Positions 24,057 through 32,480 of a stretch of DNA of 32,480 bases are shown one piece after another (position 1 is the stretch's first letter; each line of letters begins with the position of its first letter). The notes under the pieces were generated by a model. The model was not told the DNA's origin, searched no databases, and saw only the letters and a program-made list of their open reading frames with translations. The position numbers and the translations under genes were made by a program. The DNA comes from Anaerolineales bacterium (GTDB lineage Bacteria; Chloroflexota; Anaerolineae; Anaerolineales; E44-bin32), in contig DAOWMX010000001.1 in the NCBI GenBank assembly GCA_030642885.1, positions 1 through 32,480 of the forward strand, read 5' to 3'.

Positions 24057-25985
24057 TCAAACATCCAAATTACGGACTTCCTTCGCATGTGTTTGGATGA
24101 ATCTACGTCGCGGCGGCACGGCGGCGCCCATCAACATGTCAAACGTCCGATCTGCTGCCGCCGCATCTTCGACCGTTACTTGAAGCAGGATCCGATTAGC
24201 GGGATCCATCGTCGTATCCCAAAGTTGCTCCGGATTCATCTCGCCCAAGCCCTTATAGCGCGAGAGTGAAACACGATCTCCGTCTACGCCTATTTCCTTG
24301 ATAATCTGATCCTTTTCAGTTTCAGTGTACGCGTAATGGATCTTTTTCTTGTAACCAATACGATAAAGAGGCGGCTGGGCGACGAAGAGATGCCCGTCCT
24401 CAATCAGTTGATTCATATAGCGGAAGAAGAATGTCAGGAGCAGCGTGCGAATGTGGCTGCCATCCACATCTGCATCGGTCATAATAATGACCCGACCATA
24501 ACGCAAGCCCTCGAGGTTAAAAGTCTCACCGATGCTGGTTCCCAAAGCGGAAATCATCGCCTTGACCTCATTGTTGGAGAGGATCTTATCCAACCTGGCC
24601 CGCTCTGTGTTCAGGATCTTGCCCCGCAGCGGCAGGATGGCTTGGAAATGTCGATCCCGGCCCTGCTTCGCAGTACCACCCGCCGAATTGCCCTCTACGA
24701 TATAGAGTTCACACTTATTCGGGTCTCGTTCTGAGCAATCCGCCAGCTTCCCCGGAAGCGTCATGCTCTCCAGTACACTCTTACGGATAACCAGGTCTCG
24801 CGCTTTCTTTGCGGCATCTCTCGCCCTTGCGGATGTCAGACATTTCTGCACGATCACCTTGGCCGCTCTCGGATTCTCTTCCAGGAATTCATAGAAAGCC
24901 TCACCCAATACCTGCTGGACCTGGGTCTGGACCTCCGCGTTCATCAATTTCACCTTGGTCTGACTTTCAAACTGGGGATCACGATGTTTGATGCTAACGA
25001 TCGCCGTAAGCCCTTCGCGTGTATCATCACCGCTAAAATTGGGGTCCGTATCTTTCAGCAAGTTGTTCTTGCGAGAATAATCGTTGATCGTTCTCGTGAT
25101 TGCTGCCCGGAGCCCTGTCAGATGGGTGCCGCCGTCGACTGTATTGATCGTATTTGCGAAGGAATACACGGACTCAGCATACGCATCTGTATATTGAAGT
25201 GCGACTTCGATTCCAGTCCCGTCCGTTTCTTTCTCGACATGAACCACGGGGTGCAATACTCCCCTATTGTGATTAAGATAAGCGACGAAGGAGCTGATCC
25301 CGCCTTCGAAGAAGAATGTCATCTCTCGGCCGTCGCGCTCGTCGAGCAGATGAATGGCAACGCCCCGGGTGACAAACGCCATCTCTCTGAAGCGTTGAAT
25401 TAGACTCTCATAACGATACTCGAAGTCCCCCTTGAAAATTGTCCGATCAAACATGAACGTGGTTTTCGTGCCTGTCTCATTTTTCGAGACTTTTCCGATA
25501 GCCTTAACCGGGTCCATGGGAGCGCCGCGCTCGTAGCGTTGGAAGTAGATCTTGCCATCCCGCTTGACCTCCACTTCACACCACTCAGAAAGTGCGTTGA
25601 CAGCCGAGACGCCAACGCCGTGCAGCCCACCGGAGACCTTGTAGCCATCCCCGCCGAACTTGGCGCCGGCATGCAGTATGGTCATTACGATTTCGAGGGC
25701 GGATTTTTTCTGCTCTGGATGCTTATCGACAGGGATGCCGCGCCCATTGTCCTCCACAGATACACTGCAATCAGGATGGATCACGATATCAATGCGATCA
25801 CAGGCGCCAGCAAGCGCCTCGTCAATTGAGTTGTCAACGACTTCATATACCAGGTGATGAAGCGCTTTTATATCCGTGCCGCCAACATACATGCCCGGTC
25901 GGCGGCGGACAGCCTCTAAGCCCTCCAGAACCTGGATATCTTTTGCTGCATAGCTGCTTACTTTTTTTTGAGACCGCTTGGCCAC
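24057..25985 (-). CDS. gyrB: DNA gyrase subunit B
   Basis: 642 aa. [48 protein letters not shown], the Toprim motifs EGNSAGG and [12 protein letters not shown], and PLYRI are present. The start is GTG 25985, with AAGGAGA 7 nt upstream. Confidence 0.95.
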   Translation of the reverse strand: MAKRSQKKVSSYAAKDIQVLEGLEAVRRRPGMYVGGTDIKALHHLVYEVVDNSIDEALAGACDRIDIVIHPDCSVSVEDNGRGIPVDKHPEQKKSALEIVMTILHAGAKFGGDGYKVSGGLHGVGVSAVNALSEWCEVEVKRDGKIYFQRYERGAPMDPVKAIGKVSKNETGTKTTFMFDRTIFKGDFEYRYESLIQRFREMAFVTRGVAIHLLDERDGREMTFFFEGGISSFVAYLNHNRGVLHPVVHVEKETDGTGIEVALQYTDAYAESVYSFANTINTVDGGTHLTGLRAAITRTINDYSRKNNLLKDTDPNFSGDDTREGLTAIVSIKHRDPQFESQTKVKLMNAEVQTQVQQVLGEAFYEFLEENPRAAKVIVQKCLTSARARDAAKKARDLVIRKSVLESMTLPGKLADCSERDPNKCELYIVEGNSAGGTAKQGRDRHFQAILPLRGKILNTERARLDKILSNNEVKAMISALGTSIGETFNLEGLRYGRVIIMTDADVDGSHIRTLLLTFFFRYMNQLIEDGHLFVAQPPLYRIGYKKKIHYAYTETEKDQIIKEIGVDGDRVSLSRYKGLGEMNPEQLWDTTMDPANRILLQVTVEDAAAADRTFDMLMGAAVPPRRRFIQTHAKEVRNLDV

Positions 25986-26068
25986 GTTGCGTTCTCCTTT
26001 ATCTATTCCCTGTTGCTAATCAACAGGGTCGATTTACCGTTTCACTTCGAGTATAAAAAATGCTTTGC

Positions 26069-27124
26069 TCATTCGTCCGTAAGTTTAGGTTCTTCCTGAT
26101 TCAGCACATTTGTAATCCGCGCGAGTTGCCCCTCGAGCCAATCCCTTCGTCCCTGAAAGAACACATAACTTCCAGCAATCAACATTGTTGCAATAAAAGC
26201 ATGGCCCATGATGGCCAACGCGAATATCCAAGAGTCTTCTTGCGCTAAAGACCAGACCTGATAGGTAGATACCCACATGATGAGGAATGCAGTGAGCAGG
26301 TATCCGGTTGACCCAAAAAAATTAAAACGCACTACGCGGATACTTTGTTTAATCGCACTCCAGATTCCCAGGCGGTAGCGGATAATGCCATGGGGGGTAA
26401 ATGCTATGTAAACCCCGGCAACGAAAAGAACAGGCAAGGCGATATACGTTAGACCATTGATCCCAGCTGCGAGAATTCCAACCGTGAGGATAACTACCGT
26501 GAGGAGATACCCTCCTATCGCCAGAAACACTAATTTCATCCAATCCCGCCATAGATGGTCAAATACAGCTTCCGGGTCTGTCTGCTTTACCACCAATCGA
26601 TGAAAGATCGTACCTGCGCCGATCCCGGCCAGCGCCATAGTGCACCATATTAAGACAACAAACATCGGGTCGAGTATCTCCAACTGTGATGCCGGTCCTA
26701 GGGGTGTTAGCACAGGCATTCGACCCGCTACCAAACTTGGTATGCCCACGGATACGCTCGTGAGTAGGGCGAACAGAAAATTGAAAGGCATCCCCCCGGG
26801 AAGCGTGCTGAACGAAGCAAGAAGGTTGTACCTCTCACCTAATAGATTCAGCATTTCCGGGAAGAGAGCCAGCTGCTCCGTCATTCCAGGATCGGTGCCC
26901 GCCGGAATAGTCAACCCGGCTGCGGCAGCGTGAATCAGGGATGGCACCGTCAGGTGCGGGCCGAACCAGAGGAACAAATCCAAAAGCACGGGCGGTAAGA
27001 TTAAGAGCGGCTGAGCCGCTATTCTGTCAAACCCAGTCAACAACGCGGACAGTATGCTAATCGGCTTGGGTTCAACCTGATTATCAGATAGTTTCACGAA
27101 ATATGATTCTACCACAGCGGGCAT
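26069..27124 (-). CDS. hypothetical polytopic membrane protein (about 8 TM helices)
   Basis: 351 aa and strongly hydrophobic. I recognise no catalytic motif. It is upstream of and co-oriented with gyrB. Confidence 0.7.
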   Translation of the reverse strand: MPAVVESYFVKLSDNQVEPKPISILSALLTGFDRIAAQPLLILPPVLLDLFLWFGPHLTVPSLIHAAAAGLTIPAGTDPGMTEQLALFPEMLNLLGERYNLLASFSTLPGGMPFNFLFALLTSVSVGIPSLVAGRMPVLTPLGPASQLEILDPMFVVLIWCTMALAGIGAGTIFHRLVVKQTDPEAVFDHLWRDWMKLVFLAIGGYLLTVVILTVGILAAGINGLTYIALPVLFVAGVYIAFTPHGIIRYRLGIWSAIKQSIRVVRFNFFGSTGYLLTAFLIMWVSTYQVWSLAQEDSWIFALAIMGHAFIATMLIAGSYVFFQGRRDWLEGQLARITNVLNQEEPKLTDE

Positions 27125-27203
27125 TTTTTCCTACCTACCCACCGCTCTTCAACGCACACTTTTTCCACTTGATAATACCGACCCGAGGTGAATTTCTGCT
27201 TGG

Positions 27204-27232
27204 TTGACCCGCATTTTTATATCCATTAGAAT
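27204..27232 (+). promoter_or_regulatory. sigma70-type promoter for the DUF62-murA pair
   Basis: TTGACC (27204-27209), a 17-nt spacer, then TAGAAT (27227-27232). The -10 ends 17 nt before ATG 27250, so the leader is very short. Confidence 0.55.
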
Positions 27233-27249
27233 CGCTCCATAAGGTTTGA

Positions 27250-28092
27250 ATGTTGACCAAGCACATAGCGATCCTCACAGACTTCGGCATGGATGACACC
27301 TACCTGGGGATGATGAAGGCGGCTATTGCCGGCATCTCTCCGGCGGCGCGCATCATCGACCTTACCCATGCAATTCCCGCCGGCAATGTCCAGCGTGCCG
27401 CCTTCGAAGTTTGGCGTGTACGACCCTACCTCCCACCCGGAACCATTCTCCTTGCGGTCGTTGACCCCGGTGTCGGAACTAAAAGGCGAGCGATAGCACT
27501 AAAGCTGCCTGGCCTGGTTTGCGTCGGTCCGGATAATGGCCTCTTCAGCTTCTTGCTCTATTCGACAGATAAGTACACGGCGGCGGAATTAGTGAACCCT
27601 CGTTATCAGCTGCTAGATATCAGCCATACATTTCACGGGAGAGACATCTTCGCCCCTGCGGCAGCCTATCTGGCACAAGATATTCCACTCGAGGACTTCG
27701 GTCCGATAACTCAAGAGCTCATTCGCATACCTGATCCGCTTCTAAGGGATTTGGGGGCGGGATCCATCCAGGGCGAGATCATGCACAGCGACCTTTTTGG
27801 CAACCTGATTACGAGCATTGGGAAGTTCGACAATACGGACGATGGCCTTTCCCTCAAGCCCTGGATCCCATCGTTTTCAGCACGCACTCTCATCGCCCAA
27901 GAATACGAGGTGCTTCTCCCTCAGGGGAATGTAGTACCATTGGGTCGAACTTTCGGCGACGCCCAGAAGGGCGAGGCGCTGGCCTATATTGGGAGTTCAA
28001 GCTTGCTCGAAATCGCGATTAATGGCGGTGACGCAGCGAAGACGCTCAACCTCACCCCGAGTGACGAGATTATCTTCAAAGTAAAAGGATGA
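27250..28092 (+). CDS. S-adenosyl-L-methionine hydroxide adenosyltransferase family protein (DUF62, chlorinase/fluorinase-like fold)
   Basis: 280 aa. IAILTDFGMDDTYLGMMKAAI, IIDLTHAIP, LAVVDPGVGTKRR, VGPDNGL and HGRDIFAPAAA are the family hallmarks. Confidence 0.85.
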   Translation: MLTKHIAILTDFGMDDTYLGMMKAAIAGISPAARIIDLTHAIPAGNVQRAAFEVWRVRPYLPPGTILLAVVDPGVGTKRRAIALKLPGLVCVGPDNGLFSFLLYSTDKYTAAELVNPRYQLLDISHTFHGRDIFAPAAAYLAQDIPLEDFGPITQELIRIPDPLLRDLGAGSIQGEIMHSDLFGNLITSIGKFDNTDDGLSLKPWIPSFSARTLIAQEYEVLLPQGNVVPLGRTFGDAQKGEALAYIGSSSLLEIAINGGDAAKTLNLTPSDEIIFKVKG

Positions 28093-28095
28093 AAC

Positions 28096-29382
28096 ATGCC
28101 CGCATTTCTCATTGAAGGTGGATATCCACTTAAAGGGGAAGTTACTCCCTCTGGCAACAAGAACGCCGCGCTGCCGCTGCTGGCCGCGTGCCTTCTCACC
28201 GATGAACCCGTGGTCTTGCACAACGTCCCACAAATCGGTGATGTACATGTGATGAGACAGCTGCTCGAGACTATGGGCGTGAAGGTCGATGACCTTAAGC
28301 CCCACAGCTGGCGCGTGCACGCTGAGGATATTCAAGATTGTGATCTCAACCCGGATTTAGCCAGGCAAATTCGCGCTTCGGTACTACTTGCCGGACCTAT
28401 GCTAAGTCGAAAGGGAGGGATTGTTCTACCGCCGCCAGGTGGCGATGTCATCGGACGCCGTCGTGTGGACACACACTTCATGGCTCTTAAACGTCTAGGT
28501 GCTGAAATCAAATATGGCGAAAAAGAATTCTCCATGCGCGCGCCCCAGGGATTATCGGGCACGAAGATCCTCCTTGACGAAGCCAGCGTCACTGCAACAG
28601 AGAATGCGATCATGGCCGCCGTTGTCGCTTCCGGCGAATCGACGATATTGAATGCTGCCTCCGAACCCCATGTTCAGGAGCTTTGTGTCTTCCTGAATCA
28701 ACTGGGAGCGAATATCGAAAACATTGGCTCTAACTCTCTGAAGATCTCCGGCGTGGAGAAGCTGCATGGAGGAGAGCACACAATCGGTCCAGATTACCTT
28801 GAAGTGATGAGCTTGATAGGCGCTGCTGTAATAACAGGCGGCGAGATCACGATCCGAGATGCCGCCCCGGAATATTTATCCATGGCCCGCCTTGTTTTCA
28901 ATAAGCTAGGCGTTGATTGGGAAATCGATGGACATGACATATTCGTCCCTGTCGATCAGAAGATGAAAGTGGAGTTCGATATCGGCGAGAAAATTCCTCA
29001 GATTAGCGTGATGCCATGGCCGGCGTTCCCGACCGACCTTATGAGCATTGCCATCGTTGTCGCTACGCAATGTAAGGGCACTGTGCTTTTCCACGATTGG
29101 ATGTATGAGACTCGAATGTTCTTCATTGACAAACTCGTATCGATGGGAGCAAACATCATCCTTTGTGATCCGCACCGCTCAATCGTCCAAGGCCCCAGCC
29201 AGCTTTTCGGTGAGCCGCTTGAAAGTCCGGATATTCGTGCCGGGCTTGCGCTCACATTAGCAGCACTCTCCGCGGAGGGGACATCTCGTATCAGGAACAT
29301 CAACCAAATCGACCGTGGCTACGAGCGAATTGACGAGAAACTTCAGAGTCTAGGAGCACACATCCAACGCCAGGAAGATTAA
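28096..29382 (+). CDS. murA: UDP-N-acetylglucosamine 1-carboxyvinyltransferase
   Basis: 428 aa. GEVTPSGNKNAALPLLAACLL, IRASVLLAGPML and the active-site loop LPPPGGDVIGRRRVDTH are present. Asp117 (codon 28444-28446) sits where E. coli has Cys115. The gene starts 3 nt after the DUF62 stop. Confidence 0.9.
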   Translation: MPAFLIEGGYPLKGEVTPSGNKNAALPLLAACLLTDEPVVLHNVPQIGDVHVMRQLLETMGVKVDDLKPHSWRVHAEDIQDCDLNPDLARQIRASVLLAGPMLSRKGGIVLPPPGGDVIGRRRVDTHFMALKRLGAEIKYGEKEFSMRAPQGLSGTKILLDEASVTATENAIMAAVVASGESTILNAASEPHVQELCVFLNQLGANIENIGSNSLKISGVEKLHGGEHTIGPDYLEVMSLIGAAVITGGEITIRDAAPEYLSMARLVFNKLGVDWEIDGHDIFVPVDQKMKVEFDIGEKIPQISVMPWPAFPTDLMSIAIVVATQCKGTVLFHDWMYETRMFFIDKLVSMGANIILCDPHRSIVQGPSQLFGEPLESPDIRAGLALTLAALSAEGTSRIRNINQIDRGYERIDEKLQSLGAHIQRQED

Positions 29383-29920
29383 TCGGGAGAGCAAAAAAGT
29401 TGCTTTAAACCTGTGCCTGGAAATCCTCCGGGATTCTGTTAGCTTGTTCGAACCCGCTGGATCCTTCTCGGCGGTGATCGATTGCCAGGCTATCCTAAGG
29501 GATGCCTGCTTGTGGGCGCCACCCTCTGCGAATGGCGGGCTCCGATACCCCCCGATTTTCATTGTCTCGACTCTCGGTCCAGTGCTGATCGTTGATGTCC
29601 CCTAAGAAGACCTACATCAATTTTCTAAACCTTCTATAGGACCTCCCAAGACAATCTGTTGCGCAGCGTGCGTCATTCTTTTACAAAGACGTATCCGGCA
29701 GCTTTTTTCGTTCGGTGTGTCTGCATCACTCTATAGACCTGGCGAATACCTGAGCGAGTGTTCCTGTCGTCTTTTTCCCAACGATTTACCGTCCATCGGT
29801 TCAAACTCCTCCTTCTATTACGATCCTTTAATCGATAGACTCGTGCGTATACCCTCAAGGTTAACTCAATAGCTGAACGGTTTTGAGACGACGTTATCGC
29901 AGCTCAAAAACATGTTTCTC

Positions 29921-29940
29921 ACCCATTGTCACCCATTGTC
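29921..29940 (+). repeat. perfect tandem decamer (ACCCATTGTC x2) abutting the -35 of the lacI-family gene promoter
   Basis: acccattgtc-acccattgtc is read directly from the sequence. With flanking bases the unit is TCACCCATTG x2 plus TC. It ends at the first base of TTGACG. Confidence 0.9.
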
Positions 29941-29969
29941 TTGACGGCGAGATAGAAGTGGGTTATACT
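29941..29969 (+). promoter_or_regulatory. sigma70-type promoter of the LacI-family regulator gene
   Basis: TTGACG (29941-29946), a 17-nt spacer, then TATACT (29964-29969). Confidence 0.6.
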
Positions 29970-29984
29970 TTGCACACGTGTGCA
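29969..29984. promoter_or_regulatory. 16-bp perfect palindrome, candidate LacI-family operator (autoregulation)
   Basis: TTGCACACGTGTGCAA overlaps the last base of the -10 and covers the predicted transcription start. Its dyad symmetry and size are typical of LacI/GalR operators. Confidence 0.55.
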
Positions 29985-30020
29985 ATAAATCGCCTGTACA
30001 GCGCCTTCCGGGTTCTAGCG

Positions 30021-31031
30021 ATGGATAGAGTTTCCATTAAAGATATTGCAAAAGCGGCTGGTGTCTCTCATTCCACGGTTTCCCGCGCCCTGCGCGAAAG
30101 CCCTCTGGTGAATGCTCACACAAAAGAACGAATCCAAGAGATGGCCCGCGAAATGGGCTACTCCCCAGACGCTCAGGCTCGCAGCCTGGTCACTGGTCGC
30201 AGTTACACGGTCGGCGTGGTGGTCACCACCATCGCCGACCCTTTTGTCGCTGAGGTGGTGCAGGGAATGGAGAGCACCGCCCATGATCATGGCTACACAG
30301 TCATCCTGTCCTGTTCCGATTCCGAACCGGAGCGCGAGATCGCGGCCGTCGAGATGCTGCGCGCCAAGCGGGTGGATGGTGTCATCGTCACCTCATCGCG
30401 CATCGGCGCTCTTTATCTGGACCACGTGGAGGGCATTGGCGCCCCTGTGGTACTCCTCAACAACCACAATGAGCAAAGCGGCCACTATACGTACACCGTA
30501 ACGGTAGATAATCGTCACGGCAGTCTTTTGGCGACAGATCATCTCATTAATCAAGGCCACATTCGGATTGCTTATATCACCGGACCAGCGAACCACAGCT
30601 CTGACACAGAACGCATGGCCGGATATCGCCAGGCGTTGAGTGAACATAGCCTTCCCTACGATCCAACGCTTGTCGTGCCCGGCGATGGAAAACCGGTGGG
30701 TGGGATGCGGGCGCTGCAAGCGCTTATAGCGAGCGCCCAACCACCGAGCGCAGTTTTTTGCTACAACGACATGACCGCCATTGGCTTGCTGCGCGCGGCT
30801 CGAGAAGCCGGTATTGACATTCCCGGAGATCTGGCGGTGATCGGATTTGACGACATTCCCCTTGCTTCATTCGTCTGCCCACCATTGAGCACCATAAGCC
30901 AACCCAAAAACGAGATGGGACGGTTGGCGATGGAAATGGTTCTGACACTGGCGGAGTCATACGACGCTGTACGTCCGGAGTATTCCGATATCGTGGTCAA
31001 GGGCAAGTTGGAGATACGAGAATCAACGTAA
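30021..31031 (+). CDS. LacI-family transcriptional regulator
   Basis: The N-terminal HTH is VSIKDIAKAAGVSHSTVSRALR. The sugar-binding core follows (VGVVVTTIADPFVAEVV...VDGVIV...GHIRIAYITGP...AVFCYNDMTAIGLL...VIGFDDIP). The track start TTG 29883 would cover the promoter and operator, so I use ATG 30021 (MDRVSIKD). Confidence 0.88.
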   Translation: MDRVSIKDIAKAAGVSHSTVSRALRESPLVNAHTKERIQEMAREMGYSPDAQARSLVTGRSYTVGVVVTTIADPFVAEVVQGMESTAHDHGYTVILSCSDSEPEREIAAVEMLRAKRVDGVIVTSSRIGALYLDHVEGIGAPVVLLNNHNEQSGHYTYTVTVDNRHGSLLATDHLINQGHIRIAYITGPANHSSDTERMAGYRQALSEHSLPYDPTLVVPGDGKPVGGMRALQALIASAQPPSAVFCYNDMTAIGLLRAAREAGIDIPGDLAVIGFDDIPLASFVCPPLSTISQPKNEMGRLAMEMVLTLAESYDAVRPEYSDIVVKGKLEIREST

Positions 31032-31086
31032 AAGAGTGAGGATATCTCGTTTTTTTTAATCGCGGCAGTGGAGAAATGAGCTGCAA

Positions 31087-32109
31087 ATGACAAAAGCTAT
31101 CCAAATCGGTCTCATCGGTGCCGGCAGGATTGGGCGGGTACACACTGAGACGGTCGCCAACTGCATCCCAGATGCGAACATCCTTGCAGTGGCGGACGTC
31201 TTGGAGAAAGCGGCTAAGAAGTGCGCTGCCGATTTCAGAATCCCCTCGTTTTATAAAGACCATCGCCAAATCTTGGAGAACTCGGAAATTGAGGCTGTGC
31301 TTATCTGCTCGAGCACCGACACCCACGCCCAGTTCATTGAAGAAGCGGCCGAAGCCGGGAAGCACATTTTCTGCGAAAAGCCGATCGATCACGACTTGCA
31401 GAAGATTGACCACGCCCTGGAGGCGGTCGAAAAAGCCGGCGTGAAACTCCAGATCGGCTTTAATCGGCGCTTTGATCCAAGCTTCAAGCGAGTCCGTGAT
31501 GCAGTTTCAGCCGGCGAAATCGGCACGCCGCACCTTGTGCGCATCACCAGTCGCGACCCCGAACCGCCTCCGCTTGATTACATCAAGATCTCTGGTGGTA
31601 TTTTCCTGGACATGACCATCCATGATTTCGACATGGCGCGTTACCTGATCGGCAGTGAGGTGGACGAAGTTTATGCGACCGGAGGCGTGATGGTCGATCC
31701 GGCAATTGGCGAGGCGGGTGATATCGATACGGCAGTCATCGTTCTGCGCTATGCAAACGGAGCTATCGGGGTCATCGACAACAGCCGCAAGGCAATTTAT
31801 GGCTACGATCAGCGTGTGGAGGTCTTCGGATCAGGCGGGGGCATCGTGGTTTCCAACCAAACCCCTGATCTGGCTGTGCTCAGCGACGCTGATGGCGTCC
31901 ATGCCTCCAAACCGCTCCATTTCTTCATTGAACGCTACACGGAGTCTTATGTTGCGGAGCTGCAGGAATTCATCGACAGCGTGAGGGAAGACAAGACCCC
32001 ATCGGTAACTGGCTTGGATGGCCGTATCCCTGTGGTCATGGGGTTAGCAGCTTGGAAATCATACCGCGAGAATCGCCCGGTCAAGCTTAACGAAATCACG
32101 TCGAATTGA
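31087..32109 (+). CDS. iolG: Gfo/Idh/MocA-family NAD-dependent oxidoreductase, myo-inositol 2-dehydrogenase-like
   Basis: 340 aa. The Rossmann N-terminus is IQIGLIGAGRIGRVH. FCEKPI, GFNRRFDP, GGIFLDMTIHDFDM and DQRVEVFGS match the IolG-type pattern as I recall it. It follows a LacI regulator gene. Confidence 0.7.
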   Translation: MTKAIQIGLIGAGRIGRVHTETVANCIPDANILAVADVLEKAAKKCAADFRIPSFYKDHRQILENSEIEAVLICSSTDTHAQFIEEAAEAGKHIFCEKPIDHDLQKIDHALEAVEKAGVKLQIGFNRRFDPSFKRVRDAVSAGEIGTPHLVRITSRDPEPPPLDYIKISGGIFLDMTIHDFDMARYLIGSEVDEVYATGGVMVDPAIGEAGDIDTAVIVLRYANGAIGVIDNSRKAIYGYDQRVEVFGSGGGIVVSNQTPDLAVLSDADGVHASKPLHFFIERYTESYVAELQEFIDSVREDKTPSVTGLDGRIPVVMGLAAWKSYRENRPVKLNEITSN

Positions 32110-32480
32110 GGGCAAGCCGAATGCCCCTAATCTCGCGGTAAAGAGGTGACCGGGTACACATAACTCGATGGGGCTTTGAAGAACGGAATGCACCTAATCA
32201 ATAGGAAGTAATGATTTGGGATCGAGGCTGAAATACCCCCCCCCAAGTTGGAGAGGCAGGTTTTACAGCAGAACAGGAAAACAAGGAGTAAGTATATGAC
32301 CGATAGCGGCACCCGAAGGGTCTTTCCCAATCGACTGGCAGGACCTCGATTTCGAGAACAACTTTCTTGGTCGTCTGAAGCAAGGGGGGCTGGAAGCCCC
32401 GCGACGAGCAGATCGACGCGATCCCAGCCGAGGATAGCGTTCCTGCTCCTATGGTGGGGTCTAGGTCGAGCTCCAACATC

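Noticed and set aside
29673-29858. 61-aa very basic minus-strand ORF considered as an integrase, transposase or maturase remnant
   Set aside because: It has a TTG start and no catalytic or HTH motif I can recognise. I saw no flanking inverted repeats or target duplications. It is kept only as part of the unexplained-region finding.
32198-32479. 93-aa minus-strand ORF at the right edge
   Set aside because: No SD context is visible (the start is 1 nt from the window end). It is Ser/Cys/Pro-rich with no motif, and it competes with more protein-like plus-strand frames. It is left uncalled.
1-32480. CRISPR arrays, prophage or transposon content, toxin-antitoxin or known defence-system genes
   Set aside because: By eye I see no repeat-spacer periodicity; the only tandem repeat is 2 x 10 bp at 29921-29940. 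I see no integrase, transposase, terminase or capsid genes and no nuclease/ATPase defence hallmarks in any supported ORF. A repeat finder and a defence-system HMM scan would be needed to exclude these formally.

Overview
This is a 32.5-kb bacterial chromosomal window, densely coding. I can support 27 protein genes plus one partial gene at the left edge. I found no rRNA or tRNA, no CRISPR array, and no recognisable transposase, integrase or phage gene.

Main lead (242-16352, all minus strand): one long gene train bracketed by a sigma70-type promoter (16324-16352) and a strong intrinsic terminator (242-296). In transcription order it encodes:
- an SsnA/8-oxoguanine-deaminase-like amidohydrolase
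- adenine deaminase
- a GntR/HutC regulator
- an aspartate-carbamoyltransferase paralogue that lacks the aspartate beta-carboxylate motif
- an ArgF'/YgeW-type transcarbamylase
- carbamate kinase
- a 4-gene BMP-family (nucleoside-type) ABC importer
- three tightly coupled genes: a Zn-ribbon threonine-synthase-like PLP enzyme, a GT2 polyprenyl-phosphate glycosyltransferase and a 486-aa TrpB-like PLP enzyme

I read this as a candidate uncharacterised import-and-ferment system for purines or ureido compounds that makes ATP through carbamoyl phosphate. The function is inference from gene content and motifs only.

The rest of the window looks like housekeeping or envelope functions: folD, a receptor Ser/Thr kinase with a TolB-type propeller, an M14 lipoprotein peptidase, an ECF sigma/anti-sigma/membrane-protein trio, nfuA, gyrB, a polytopic membrane protein, a DUF62 SAM hydroxide adenosyltransferase coupled to murA (Asp at the fosfomycin-target Cys position), and a LacI regulator with an inositol 2-dehydrogenase-like gene.

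Two unusually long ORF-poor stretches stand out. The first (22774-23346) is GC-rich, strongly self-complementary and has T4G4-like G-tracts. The second is 29383-29920. Both are unexplained candidates for non-coding RNA or degraded elements. The gene style suggests a Chloroflexota-like organism, but that is a guess I cannot verify here.
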